Positions 38,417-51,300 of a stretch of DNA of 64,000 bases are shown here, in pieces. Within the stretch, counting starts at the first letter, position 1, and the number at the start of each line of letters is the position of its first letter. Both the position numbers and the translations under genes were made by a program. The stretch covers positions 18,662,001 to 18,726,000 of the forward strand of contig NC_135765.1 in assembly GCF_052425735.1 (NCBI RefSeq). The letters are read 5' to 3'. The DNA comes from Oculina patagonica. Lineage: Eukaryota. The notes beneath the pieces were generated by a model, which was not told where the DNA came from, made no database searches, and was given only the letters and a program-made list of their open reading frames with translations.

Positions 38417-40165
38417 AAATAAGAATAAGAATAAGAATAAATAATAAGAACGTTTCCATGCTTGGCGAACCGCGCCAGTCCTATCATTCCGGTCGTAAAA
38501 ATAACGTTGTTGCTCCGCAACTCATTGTGCTGCTCCTCGTTGGGTCCTGGTCTGGGGGACGGCTCCCTGCAAATATTCCAGTTTACTGTTCATTTGTAGT
38601 TGCTCCATTCCCGAGCATTTTGGTAGTCCTGTCACGATGTTGACTCCCTCCTGCACCTGCCGGGTCAGCGGGTCCTTGTGGGTGCTGGTGATCCACATGT
38701 CAAAGGTCACCTGCCGGCCGCTGTGGTAGTCAATCACATGTTTGCCCAGGGCGTTGTTTGTCTGTCGCTTCTTGGTCGCGTCTTGGTGATCTAGTGCTCG
38801 GGTGAATCCATTTCGCGCCGATTCACCGATGTAGTAAGAGACCATCGGCTTACCAGCTTCGCCCACCACCTTTTCGCCGCTGTCGGCTCTGTCGGGGATG
38901 TTGTCTGGCCCCTTGGTCCTACAGTCGCGGCATTCTATCAGGTAGCAGCAGCTATTTCGCGAGCATGGTCCTCCTCTCTTCCTGTCGGGCCTTGTCTCTG
39001 CGCTGCGACACACTAGACAGTCTGCTCTGTTGCACGGTCCTGCCCAGGGATCTTTCATCAGCCTTGAGCTCATCTTTTGACCTCCTCTTTCTACGATTTT
39101 TACTTGCCATCCGCGATCTGTCCCACTCCTCCCTTCAACCTCCCGCAGCATGTTTGCAAGCCTGCCTCCGGGGGTGGCAGGGACGAACATGACGGTTGAG
39201 TAGCCACCGGTCTTGAACCACTGGGTCTTAGCCGACAGTTTCTTCTTTCGTCTCTCTTTGGCCTGGTAGGAGCGCGGCCTGTTGATTGGCCGGTCGTTAT
39301 CCTCCTGATCTTTCTTCATCCTGTCGAATGCCATCATGGCGCTGGTGATGATCTCTTGACGGTATCTGGCGCCGTATCCGCTCGCTCGCATCCTGGCTGA
39401 GAATTCCGACAGCAGCTCGGCTTTCTTGCTGTCTGACAAGTCGAGCGAGGTGTTTCTCAGGATCCTCAGTGCTTGTTGCGTCAGTGCTGTCCTCTTCACC
39501 TTCTCTGGTATCGCCGATCTTGCCATGATCAGGAGCGGGTTGGCCATCGGCTTACGGTAGAACTGGTACATAACTTTCTCCTTCTTAGTTCCGTTTAGTT
39601 CTTTCTTTTCAATCCACAACTTAAGGTCTAGGATGGGGAGTTTCCCGTCCTCGTGCTGCGATGGCGAGTCTTCCTCGAGCTGGATCATCGGGCTGATCGA
39701 GTTGCCCATGTTCCTCAGCTCTCTCATGGTGCGGGTATCAGCCGGCGTCGTCTTGTCTGCTTCTACCTCTTCCGGCACTACGACGAGCTTCTCTCCGTTC
39801 CACCTAGTGCCCAGCGGTAGCGCCTCTATGATGATGTTCTGGTCGTCGATGTACCTGAAGTATAGGTGGGGGTTAAGGATGTTATTTCTGGCTAGGGCGA
39901 GGAACTGTCTGTCCCAGCGGAGCATGTACACGCGAGCGATGGTGCCGGACAGCTCTAGTCCAATCGGTCCTCCATCTTCCTGCTTCATGGTCTTGCCGCC
40001 GAACTGGTATAGGTGGTGTTTCATCACGGCCACGATGACCAACTCTAGTATTTTGCCGAACAGTTTTTTCTCCTCGTCTCTGGTCGGTAGTCGCTGGGGC
40101 GGGGAGAACAGACTCTCTCCTTCTTCTTGGAACAATTTTCCCATTACTTCGGCAGTTGTTATTCT
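38417..40165 (-). mobile_element. Penelope-like retrotransposon (Neptune-type), 5'-truncated, with intact RT C-half, Cys-rich linker and GIY-YIG endonuclease
   Basis: 540-aa ORF 38522-40144 with QEDGGPIGLELS, YFRYIDD, LPILDL, FYRKP, PCNRADCLVC..CCYLIECRDC..YYIGES..R..H..E..N; (TTATTC)n tail at 38417-38450. Confidence 0.92.
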
Positions 40166-40959
40166 AATTTTTTAGAATAACAATTTTTTAGTTGTTATTC
40201 TTCTTTTGCGGCTTTTTTTGTTTAGGATATCCGAAAACGATTTGACCATAAGAGGGCGTACTAATCGCGCGCAAAAGAAAAAACGCAAAAATAGCAACTG
40301 TTAGCAAATGTTAATTAAGAGGATTGTGCGTCAAAATCCGTTTTTGGAATTTGTGTTTTGATGGGAAATCCGAAATCTGGATTTAAAAATGAATCCGGAT
40401 TTCCAAAGGTCAAATACCGTATTAGTTATAAGTGTGGCAAGCAACAATTTTTCGTTTTTATATGTCATATATAAGTACATTTAAAGCGCCTTGATGCTCT
40501 CTTGTTTTGGTACCGAGGCTTTATATTAATGTCGATAATTTGTTGGTGATTAAAATAACAATTTTTTCTTATTTACATGTAAAGAACATTTAGCATTGGT
40601 TATATAGTCATTGAACTATCCTACTTTTCACAAGTTAATTAAAAGCAATGAAACATGAATCATAGATCGAACATATGATAAAAGTTCGAAAGTAGTGTCC
40701 CTTAGGAGAACAGTACTCACAAATGTATGAGCCCAGGAGCAAGTGGATAACAATAAGAACCAGCTCGAAAACTGAAGCTCGAGTATTCAAGTTTGGGTCG
40801 GATTCCTTTCATATTCTGTAAAACTCCTATTTAAACATAGAATACCTTAAGAATTTTGATTTCTTTATTTAAATAAACTTTTGTTCCATAAATTGACGCA
40901 ACATTTCTAAATTTATTTTACTGTGGAGAAAATATTTGTCACTGCAGTGGAACATGTTT

Positions 40960-41621
40960 ATACCTAAGCGTACCTTTTTGGTACGCTTTGGTAGCATATC
41001 AGGCGAGTTTGGTCGATCCATGGTTCGTATTTTAGCGAGACCAAATGAGCCTGATATGCAGCCGAAGCGTACCAAAAAGGTACGATTAGGTATTTACCGT
41101 ACCCAAATTCAGCCAAAAACCCGGTTATATTAATTTTATCGCTCTGTTGAAGCCATGCTTGCAAGGTACGCACTTCAAATTGTGCTGTCTTGGTCTTCAA
41201 CACTTTTACCAAGTTCCTCTTTTGCCTGTTTTGTCTTTTTTTTTCCACTCGTTTGTTTAGAGTTTCATTTTCTAAATTTTCTAAATCAAAATTAAGCGAA
41301 AAATTCGGAAATTCTGACTCCATTTTTTCAGTCTGAATGTCTCAGTACTCGTCGGCAAACATCGCGCAATTGGCGAGCGCGCTCAAGTTTAGTTTGGCGG
41401 GAAAGTCTTCCTCTTTTTACGACCGGTAAACACCGCTTAATTTAAATTACGAAGTTCTGTTTTATTGGTAAAACTTCTTTTCAATTCATCGTACAGTAAC
41501 ACTACTTTACTTCAAGGTGACCGTGATATGGTGGCATATCAGGTCAGTGACTTGATATCGTAGGATATCAGGACAGAAGATCGCGCTTCTGATTGGCTAC
41601 TTGCGAATTTGGGTACGGTAA
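40960..41621. mobile_element. Hairpin plus inverted-repeat-bounded element (Crypton-like derivative)
   Basis: Hairpin at 40960-41093; TTACCGTACCCAAATTC (41095) ... GAATTTGGGTACGGTAA (41621); short minus-strand ORF remnant. Confidence 0.5.
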
Positions 41622-41883
41622 TCCTGGGAATTCTTGAGTCAGGAAGTCTTTTGGTTTAGTTGCTTGTTGATTCTAAAATCATTACGAACTGTTGCTACCA
41701 AAACTACAAGATACCTAGTCTGCTAGAAAAGACGTCATAATTTTGTAATGAAATGAAAAGAGTTAAAATATAAGGAATCTTGTCAATTTTTTTTATTTGC
41801 TGTTAACTAACAGTTAGTTTAAATGTAAGCATTGACATAGCTTTAACATAGTGAATATATGAAAGACATATGTGAACTGCGGA

Positions 41884-42257
41884 TTAAAAAGACACTGTCG
41901 ATGGGATTTTAATGCTTTTCGGTAAAAAGTACTAAAATTGGCGAATAGGTTTTTCCGTACATGAAATGCATCAAGTACATCAAGATGGAGATATAAAGTT
42001 AATTGTTGTTGAAGGAAAAAGGGAGCCTTGAAAATTTGTAGGTGTTTTTCCAGTCCACAAGAAGAAAACTTGAAATAATCAGCCTGACTTTTTCAAGTTG
42101 AGATCTAAAGTTCCTGATGGCATCACAATAAGATTACTTGTTTATCGCGTACACTTGCATGTTGATTTTGAACAAAATTGGACCACTTTTCGTAGTTTCC
42201 AAATGTCTTTAGGCTCATGAGTTTTTGAAGTGTAACTGGTGACAGTGTCTCTTTAAT
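41884..42257. mobile_element. TTAA-flanked MITE (Kolobok-type)
   Basis: TTAAAAAGACACTGTC ... GACAGTGTCTCTTTAA. Confidence 0.75.
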
Positions 42258-44758
42258 ACCTTTGTTGTCACTAAATCATTAACTCTAATAAAGGCATTGT
42301 CAGAGCAGGAGTGGCCGGAGGCAAAATAACTGTAGAAGCTTTGCATAAAATAAAAGTTTACTTTTCATTGATTGAACAAAGTGATCCATTGTACAGAGTT
42401 TAAAATCTCTGTAGAGAACATCCGGGGGAAAATACATAAATGATTCAGCGGCACAACAGTGTAACTTTTCCATAGCGTGGAACAGATTTCCTTGATTGAA
42501 CTTCCACGAACAAGTAGCGCATTTGTGATGGACGACAGTAAAACCTTGAGGTACAACGAGTCGGCACAGACTCTGACCTTTTCTAAAGGTTTAGCTGGGA
42601 TAAGGTTCCAGTGGGATATGGTTCCAGTGGTTCTGGAACTACCTTTTTGAACTTATACAGCTTATTTTAATATCAGGCCAATTAGGAGGTTTTTACACGG
42701 TATGATCTTCTCAGTTAACCACAGCACTAAGTAGTAGCAAGAGACTATGTCTTCAAAAGGATATATTTTTTCTTTCGGTTTCCTCGTCACTAAACGAGGG
42801 CTATAAAAAGGAAAATTCGAATGCCATTTCTGGTCAAAAGGACTTCAAACTAATTTGATTTGCATTTTTCTTTAGGGATTGTGGAAATTGATCTGAAACA
42901 GAGGAAAATATAAATCAAACAAACTTAAAACCATTTTGACCTGAAATTCATACAACAATATATGCATTTGATGAGAATCGCAAGCAGAAATCTGCCTTCC
43001 CGGACCGTGCCCGATAGATGTAGACGCACCACACACCTAGTCATCCACACAACGGTTACATCACTACTCAACGCTCCTTCAAAATAACGGCTGCTGAAAT
43101 CTAAACAGCATTCCTTTCCTCTTGTTTTGAAAGCGCTCGGAAGAGTGTCGATAACAAAATCAAAATTGACCAATCAGAGCTCATATTAAAAAAAAAAACA
43201 CAGGCGTTCTTTTGCCCCTCTGCTCAATCCCCTGGCCTAAATTTTCACTTGTCTTTTTTATCATGTCAACAGAAACGGATAAAACACGTCACCACTGCAC
43301 TTTTATTTGGATTAAGTTTAAGACATTTTTCGATCTGTAAACATTTTTTGAGGCGTTTTTCGAGGTAGGGAAGTTTTAAAATGAGCGTTGGCGTAGCACT
43401 CCCTATTCTTTCTGGCGGTTTTCATTCCTACTTTTCCGTTTATTTTTCCAAGTCCTAGTCTCCAATCCTAACCCCAATGACTCAATCCCTTTCCAACAGT
43501 AAGAAATAGACAAGTCCCATTTGTCATATTGCCCCTTCAGGAAACCCATTTACTAAGCAAAGCTTTAATGGATAACATATTACGAACCTTTTATGAAAAA
43601 ATCCCCCCAGACCAAAAACAGACAAAAAAAAAAAAGAACCAAATATACCAGCTAGGGGAAATATCAACAAGGTGAATCAATATAAATATTTTTTTTTGGG
43701 AGGGAAGGGGGGGGGGGGGTGCAAAAATTGGTTTCTCTGGACTTTTTTTAACAAAAATATATTTTCAGCAAATATACATGTAATATTTTTCCGGCCTACA
43801 TCAGCATGGGGGATCCCAGACCCCATGGTTTTATATTCTCCCACGTTGCCGTTGAACAGTGCAAATGATGTGACTGGTTCACTTCATTGGATAACAAGCA
43901 AATGTCTTTATTTCTGTTCAAACAATAGTTTGTATCGTAAAACCATTGTAGCCTACACAGCCAGGTTCATAATGACCATCATCATGATCATCATCATTAT
44001 TATTAAGCCTATCTCAGCATATCCGAGCCATGAGAATAGGGAGTCATGACTTGCATGGATAAAAGCAACTGTTTGTGTTAAATTAGAAGCAAAAGATATA
44101 TAATATTATATGGTACTCAATAATTCAAGCAAGCAAGCAGACCATACAAGATCTTGGACAAGAATCACAACATAACTTTTTGATTATTTTACATGCACTT
44201 AAATTTGTCACTGTCTGTATGGACTCTTTTGAATCTGTATGAATCATACTGTTATGCTGGCTTTATCTTTCTTAAACTCATTATTTTTTCATCACATAAA
44301 AACAGACTATTAGAACCGTCATGGTGGATTGGATATGTGATCTTAATGACATGTAACATACACATAGATTTGCACAATTTTATTTATCTACTTTCTCTAT
44401 AGTTTTAGTTTCGATTGAGAAAAGATACATATGTACATGTATATCAAATATTCGAGGGAGTGTTTCATCAGACTTCCAAACAGCTTGAAGTTAGTCAAAA
44501 ATACTCTCCTGCACATTGTATCTTCAAATCTCGTCTTGGTGTTTAGAAATGTGATAAAACATTCACTATCATGTTTGATATATAACCTGAAAGTCTAGAT
44601 TATGGTACATGTTTATTGGACCATGTGCCACTACCATTTCTGTAAGTCATCTATTTTTAGCTGCTAGTTTTATGATGATAAGGTAACAGGAAGCTTTGAT
44701 TATAATTATTATACTTTCACTTGAACTGCACCATTTAAAAGAAAATCAACCAATCAAA

Positions 44759-45258
44759 NNNNNNNNNNNNNNNNNNNNNNNNNNNNNNNNNNNNNNNNNN
44801 NNNNNNNNNNNNNNNNNNNNNNNNNNNNNNNNNNNNNNNNNNNNNNNNNNNNNNNNNNNNNNNNNNNNNNNNNNNNNNNNNNNNNNNNNNNNNNNNNNNN
44901 NNNNNNNNNNNNNNNNNNNNNNNNNNNNNNNNNNNNNNNNNNNNNNNNNNNNNNNNNNNNNNNNNNNNNNNNNNNNNNNNNNNNNNNNNNNNNNNNNNNN
45001 NNNNNNNNNNNNNNNNNNNNNNNNNNNNNNNNNNNNNNNNNNNNNNNNNNNNNNNNNNNNNNNNNNNNNNNNNNNNNNNNNNNNNNNNNNNNNNNNNNNN
45101 NNNNNNNNNNNNNNNNNNNNNNNNNNNNNNNNNNNNNNNNNNNNNNNNNNNNNNNNNNNNNNNNNNNNNNNNNNNNNNNNNNNNNNNNNNNNNNNNNNNN
45201 NNNNNNNNNNNNNNNNNNNNNNNNNNNNNNNNNNNNNNNNNNNNNNNNNNNNNNNNNN
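44759..45258. other. Assembly gap (500 N)
   Basis: Run of N. Confidence 1.
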
Positions 45259-45436
45259 ATGTAAATACACTGTAATTTTTGTTGTTGTTGCTGCTGTTGC
45301 AATTCTAAATTTTATTGATTAAAACAACCTTTAACCTGTACCACTTTCTTACTTCAATGGAATGATTTTTTTGGCGATTTCTTCCCTGGCCATGACAAAA
45401 ATGACAACAGTTTAGAACTCATATATGTTATTTACA

Positions 45437-46674
45437 AACAAGGAGAGAACTGTTCTGTCATAAGAACGTTTCAATGGAGAAGATGCCGCCGACAGAGAAT
45501 GCTTTGCTACAACACACCAAGCGGGCGTTGTACCAGGCTTCAATCTGGACCACTTGTACTGATACTCAGCAGGACATCCCCTCACCAGCGGACTTTGCTT
45601 GGACCAAAGTTGGTAGTGCGTGGGTACCAGTTTGGTTGACAGTTCCAGAGCTGTCCAAGGCATGCCGAGAGCTGATAAAGTGCTCGTGTAAGGGCGACTG
45701 TTCCAGTTGCAAATGTGGCAAAGCGCAGCTCAAGTGTTCACCACTTTGCAAATGCAAGTGCAACCTCCACGGCGGGTCTCAAAATAAGTGACACGATCCA
45801 ACTTTTCAATTAAAAAAAAAACGTTGTAGATACATTCCTACTCAAAGTGTATTAAAAGTGACCGACAAAGTTAAAATTGATGTGTCCCAAATCTTTGGTG
45901 AAAATTAAATTTGGCAAAGCTCTCTGGGCGGATCCAGGACTTTTAATGTGGGGGAAAGGGGGATGCGGGAGTTAGCAAATATTTGTTTGCTATTTTATTT
46001 AAGCCACAGGTTTTTTGGAAAAAGAAGAGGGTAAATGTAAGAAAATATATTGGCCTTATTTTAACCGAAAATTTCAACGATTTCTACACATTACCGAGTG
46101 CCATTTCGCTTATATTTTTCAGGTTATTTCTGCTATATTTTTGAAACTAGGGGGTGGCTAGCCACTCATTCCAACGCCCGGCTAGATCCGCCCCTGATGT
46201 TCGTGAAATTTTGACTGACGTATGGTCTAAAACTAGTCATTGTGAAGGTTTTAGAGTAATTTCATTCGTCTAGGATATTTTAATTTCGATTTATTCTTCC
46301 AACCTAAAGCCGCCGAAGTTTTTCATTAGTAAGATGTTAAGGAACCTGCAAATAACGTGTTTTTCTTCTAAATTTGACTTATGGGTTAATCACACCGGAT
46401 TAAATATCAGGTACTCTGCTAGATGCCTGCAAAAAATGGCAACTGAAACCCTCTGAGAAATCTTATCGACCGATTACGAAAGGAAAAATCGCGGAACCGC
46501 TTTTATTAACTTATGCAAATGAGCTAAAAACGTTATTGTTTAAATTTCGAGAAAAATACAACATTTTGGATGGAGCAACGGATAAACTTAAATAAGGTAT
46601 AGAAAAGAGTCCGCATGCAAAAATTGGTGCTTTTATCACGCCGGTAACGATTATTACGCTAAGCGACCTGACTA
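45437..46674 (+). mobile_element. Academ-type DNA transposon, 3' end only
   Basis: RRELFCHKNVSMEKMPPTENALLQH..KCSCKGDCSSCKCGKAQLKCSPLCKC (C-terminal CXC/Cys-rich domain); terminus ..ACGCTAAGCGACCTGACTA (CTA end); a small GGCGGATCCAG..GATCCGCCCCTG MITE nested at about 45925-46196. Confidence 0.8.
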
Positions 46675-48360
46675 CCGGACAACAGAGCTCAGTGAAGTGC
46701 GGTCGACTTGGTTGAGTTAATTTACATTGTGTTTAATTTACATAACCTCCTTTAATCTTTATCGAGCACCAAGACTTGTTCGACAGAAATTGACATTAGA
46801 TTTCTTTTAACAACTAACAAAGTGATCACACAACGACAAGTAAAAGAAACCGACGTTCAGTTGTATAAAAATGAATGACAGACCTGACTACGCAATATTA
46901 CGACAGTCACAGCAAATAACCTCATTAATAAGTGACATTTAGCAAGTTAACTTTCCAAAGAATTGTATGGATTTTTATACCTAGAATATGCAGCGAGCTT
47001 CTAAGCCGCATTTCCGATAGTTTTACTTTTGGTTTACCGACAGCTAAAAAATTGAAAGGGAGAACTCCGCTACCAGGGCGGAAGTACACTTGAAAGGCCG
47101 ACAAACATAAGCCAAATTCAATGACTTCACCGTTCTAACGGCAAGTACAATCAGAATTGAATAAGCTGATATTTATATTCTCCCCAGTCATAGCGCACAA
47201 AAGCAAAACGAAGTTAAGAACGTGTAGAAGTCTTTGTCAAAGGTCTTTGGGCCACCACTAGTCAACTGCAGCAGTTGATCATTCGCTCTCTTTTTCATCG
47301 TGATAACAGCTCTTGAATGACTGTTGCTAGGGCATTAAGAGAGTCGTTAGGCAGCTTAGCAGCCGACTGTTCAAAAAATGTTTTTTGAATGGTGCGTTGC
47401 TGGCTTCCTTGTCTCCTATTTCTATGGTTATGTGACTCCGCTCTGCGGCCCTTCGCGCCGCTGGGGAGCTCTGCTATTAGCTAAGAAAATTTGTTTAAGG
47501 GGACTTGTTAAAACTGAATTTTCACATGAGGCAAAAAAAAAAAAACAGAAAATTAAAAAAGGTTTTTGTAGAAAGGTTCGAAGGGTGTTTGCGAGTTCGG
47601 TAACTTTCGTGTAGTACGCATCTTTTAACAGTGTGGTGGCTAGCGTGAGAAAAGTGGCACTGGCATCCACTATAACTATAAGCAGACATTGCCCAGGTTT
47701 GCTTCCATGTTCGCTTTGTATTATTGTCACTTTTCTCGCTTCATTTGGCAGGTTATAACTCTCGTTCGAAAGGTTTCTCCGTTGATATCCGATTTCTTTA
47801 TTTTTCTGGCCATGAATTGATTCCACTCTCACACTACAGAATCGCAACTGCCGAAAAAAATCTACCGAATACAAAGGTCATTTTTTGTAGAAAGATCTTA
47901 CTTTTGGTCTGACCATTTTAAAAAACATTGATTATAAAACGTTGCAATTCGACACAGAATAAAAGTTCTGCTGTCTTGTTCAACTGATAATTTAAATTTT
48001 ACAAGCACTCGCATTGCTAGATAAAAGAAATTACCCGGTAACGTAGAAATTAATTTCTAGCATGAAAACATAACTTTACTGTGGTGTAAAGCTCAAGTAA
48101 AGTTGGAGTTTAGTTTAGAATTTAGTTCAGTTGCTTTACGCTTACTTTACATTTATTTAAAGCTGACCTTTACGCCAGCTTTACACTTAAGTTCAAAGAC
48201 AGATAAAAAGACTCCTTTACGCCAACTCTACAAACACGTACTTAATTTATGGTATTAAGTTGGATAACCAACTTTAATTTAGATTTAACCATCTTCAATT
48301 TCACTTAAATCTCAATTTTCATGCTCTGTATAACTTTGGCTTGGGCTTCGTAATTTTCAG

Positions 48361-51300
48361 GAGGTCAGAATAGTTTCACTTCAAAGTATGGCGGAAAAAC
48401 TGTGGCTGGAATGGTTGGTTCGACTGTTAATTTCAAATGGGTCTTCTCTGGCGCTGTTAATGTAGTTGACTGGGGACTGAAGAAAGATGGAGTGAATGAT
48501 TTTAGGAAAGGTGGAATTCTGGCATCTATGAAGAAAATTGGTCTTGTGTCAATACCAGTCCCTTTACCATACAGTGGACGTGTGAGCGGGAGTGGTGACG
48601 TATCCTCTGGTCAGGTCATCTTTACTCTAAGCTCAATCAGAAAGAGTGATGAAAGATATTATGGCTGTAGAATAGACATGTCTACTGATTTTAATTCGCC
48701 AAAATTTGACTCTGTGTACTTGGAAGTTAGAGGTGAGTAAATTCTAGCAACCCAAACAGTTTAAGGCCAGGGCCGTCACTACATGCAGATTTGTTTTTCC
48801 AAGCTGCAATTTACCTTTATAACTTGGAGTCACAGATTGTTTCGTTTCAGAAAATATGCACATATGTCTTCAGATGTGACAAAAACTTAGCCCGCTGAAT
48901 TCTCCATTTCAGCGCGCAAAATACGCCACAATGCCCAATGAAATTATTATGATTAATGGTTTATTGCGGCAGGAGCAACAAAAGCCAAGCGCAAAGCGCG
49001 ATCGGAGAAGGGGTGACTTAACTACTCATGCTCGCGCTACCAATGCCGGACGTTTTTAATTTTGATATAAAGGCACATAAGCGCGAGGGAACACTTTTGC
49101 GTTCGTTAACAGCGTCGCTTTCCAAAGTGGAGTGCAACACCTCCAAGAAAAGCCTCTTATTGTAATTTTTTATGCCACGCTCGCAGATCTGGGCGTCTTT
49201 CGATTGGATGTTGTGTTCCGCTGACTCGGCATGCTGCCTAATCGATGATTCGCTGTTGCTCGTACTTCACTTTGTAAACAATTTCTGCTATTCGATTAAC
49301 CGCTGGTCGATCCTTCGGCTTTTTGAACACATGGCCCAATGTTCTTTCAGGCTTGAATTCCGTCAAAATGTGGAATTTCTGGACGACGCAACCCACTCGA
49401 TCCGATGCGCCTCTTTCGTACGGAATGACTGCGAGCCCTAGTGGTCTTTCTTGCGTGTGCCTTTCTCTGGTTCTTTCCCTAATACATTTCTTAAACAGGA
49501 CGTTAGGTTACCCGTTTACTGTAAGATTCTCCATGACTCGATCTTGTTCACCGCTTTTGAGTTCAGGGTTGTACGGTAGCAGGTTGGCCCTGTTCATGAC
49601 TGTTTTTACCACGGCTTCATTCCATGATATGTCCATTTCATTTTATGGCTAATAGGAAGCAACCCACTCTGTGAATGTTATCTGCTGTAATCCTTTTCAA
49701 TACTGTTTAAAAAAGTTATCTCATTGCAGAGCTACCAGTTATCAGCCCACTGTCAATAAACGGAAGTTACATTGAGGGATCATCAGTCAATATTAGTTGT
49801 GCAGCGACTGGGAAACCAGACCCGGAAGTATCATGGATGCGAAATGGACAAATCAAAAGTTCTGGGAAGAAAATAACATATTTGAACTTTGACAGAATTA
49901 CCAGGACAGACGATGGACTGTACACATGCCGAGCTAACAACTCAGCAGGAACAAACACTCGCACTGAGAGCCTGGTGGTTCGTTGTGAGTTAGAAATCTT
50001 TTAATTTCTAGATGTATTTTATAAATTAATATTTCTTACAAAACAAGTTAACATCAAATTTCTTAAATCAGACATTGACTACAAGATAAATCAACAACAG
50101 TGGCGTTTCTTTTTTGCATTTACGTTTTCCTCTTTAATATTGAAGGACTTTAAACAAAAGTAAACGAATTGTTTTACGTTACTTTTTCAGACCCGGCAGA
50201 AATACTAAGTGTTACTTCATCAGCTGCCAAGTCATGGATTGGTCAGAAAGTGACATTGAAGTGTGTGTCAGATGGTGTTCCTACACCAACACTCAAATGG
50301 TACAGACCTGATGAAAACGAACTAAACACAGTCACAGCTAAAGAGGGTACAGTGGGGGTGACCATAAATGATGAGCAAGATTTTGGTCAATACAAGTGTG
50401 TCGCTTACAATGGCCTTGATCCTTTAAACAACGCCTCGATGCTACTTGAACAGATAAGTATGTGACGGCTAGAGAAGAGTCAGTTATAATACCTGAAGTT
50501 CGAAAGACCATTTTTGGAACTGCTTAAGTTAGGATAGAATGTCCCTAAAAATGGACGTTTAAACTTGCAAGATTTAAATCTGGAAAGGGATTTATCCCTA
50601 GTTATCACTGGTTCCAGGGAATTGATAGAGATGGCGAGCTTTCATATAGGCAAACAAAGGGGTACATTGTTTTTTTCGCAGCTACCACGCTTAACGCTTG
50701 TAGTTATATGACACATCATTTAAACTTTGTTTCGAATAAAGAAGCTATAGTGATAAAAATCAAATTTCTTCTTTAATTTGATAATCATTAGAAGAACCAG
50801 GCTTCCCGGCCATAGTTTCTTCATCTTCAGACATCCAAGCCACTTCAATGACAGTAAAATGGACTGCACCAGCTGATGATGGAGGGAGTCCTATCACAGC
50901 ATACCGAGTGGTCATATTAAAGGGTGGCACTGAGATAAAGAATGAGAATGTTACTGACCCTGGTACAACAAGTCTGTCTGTTGGAGGTCTGGAGAGAGAT
51001 ACCGAGTACAGTGTGAAGGTGTTTGCCAGGAATGCTGTGTTTGAGGGTGCAGCTACGCAGAAGACAATCATGACAAAGATTAAAGGTACGATTTCCAGCG
51101 GCCTTCGTTAATTGAAAGTCCAACCAAAAGGGACACAGCTGACATTACATCCAATAATTTTGCTACATTGTTGTCCATTGTTCTGACTATTATTTCATAG
51201 AAAGTGGTGTAACATAATTGTCTCACAGTTGTCTCTGACTGATAAGCAAGACTTTTTCAAACACAAGTACATGCGGTTAACATGACGGATCAACAAGCAG

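Noticed and set aside
39633-40175. Ser-rich 180-aa plus-strand ORF
   Set aside because: Antisense of the Penelope RT.
44609-44682. Possible leader exon for copies 2 and 3 (MFIGPCATT..)
   Set aside because: It ends in phase 2, is incompatible with phase-1 exon 2, and does not resemble the copy 1 leader.
45474-45791. Cys-rich 105-aa ORF as a metallothionein- or tesmin-like host gene
   Set aside because: It is the truncated C-terminus of an Academ-type transposon protein, followed by the element terminus.
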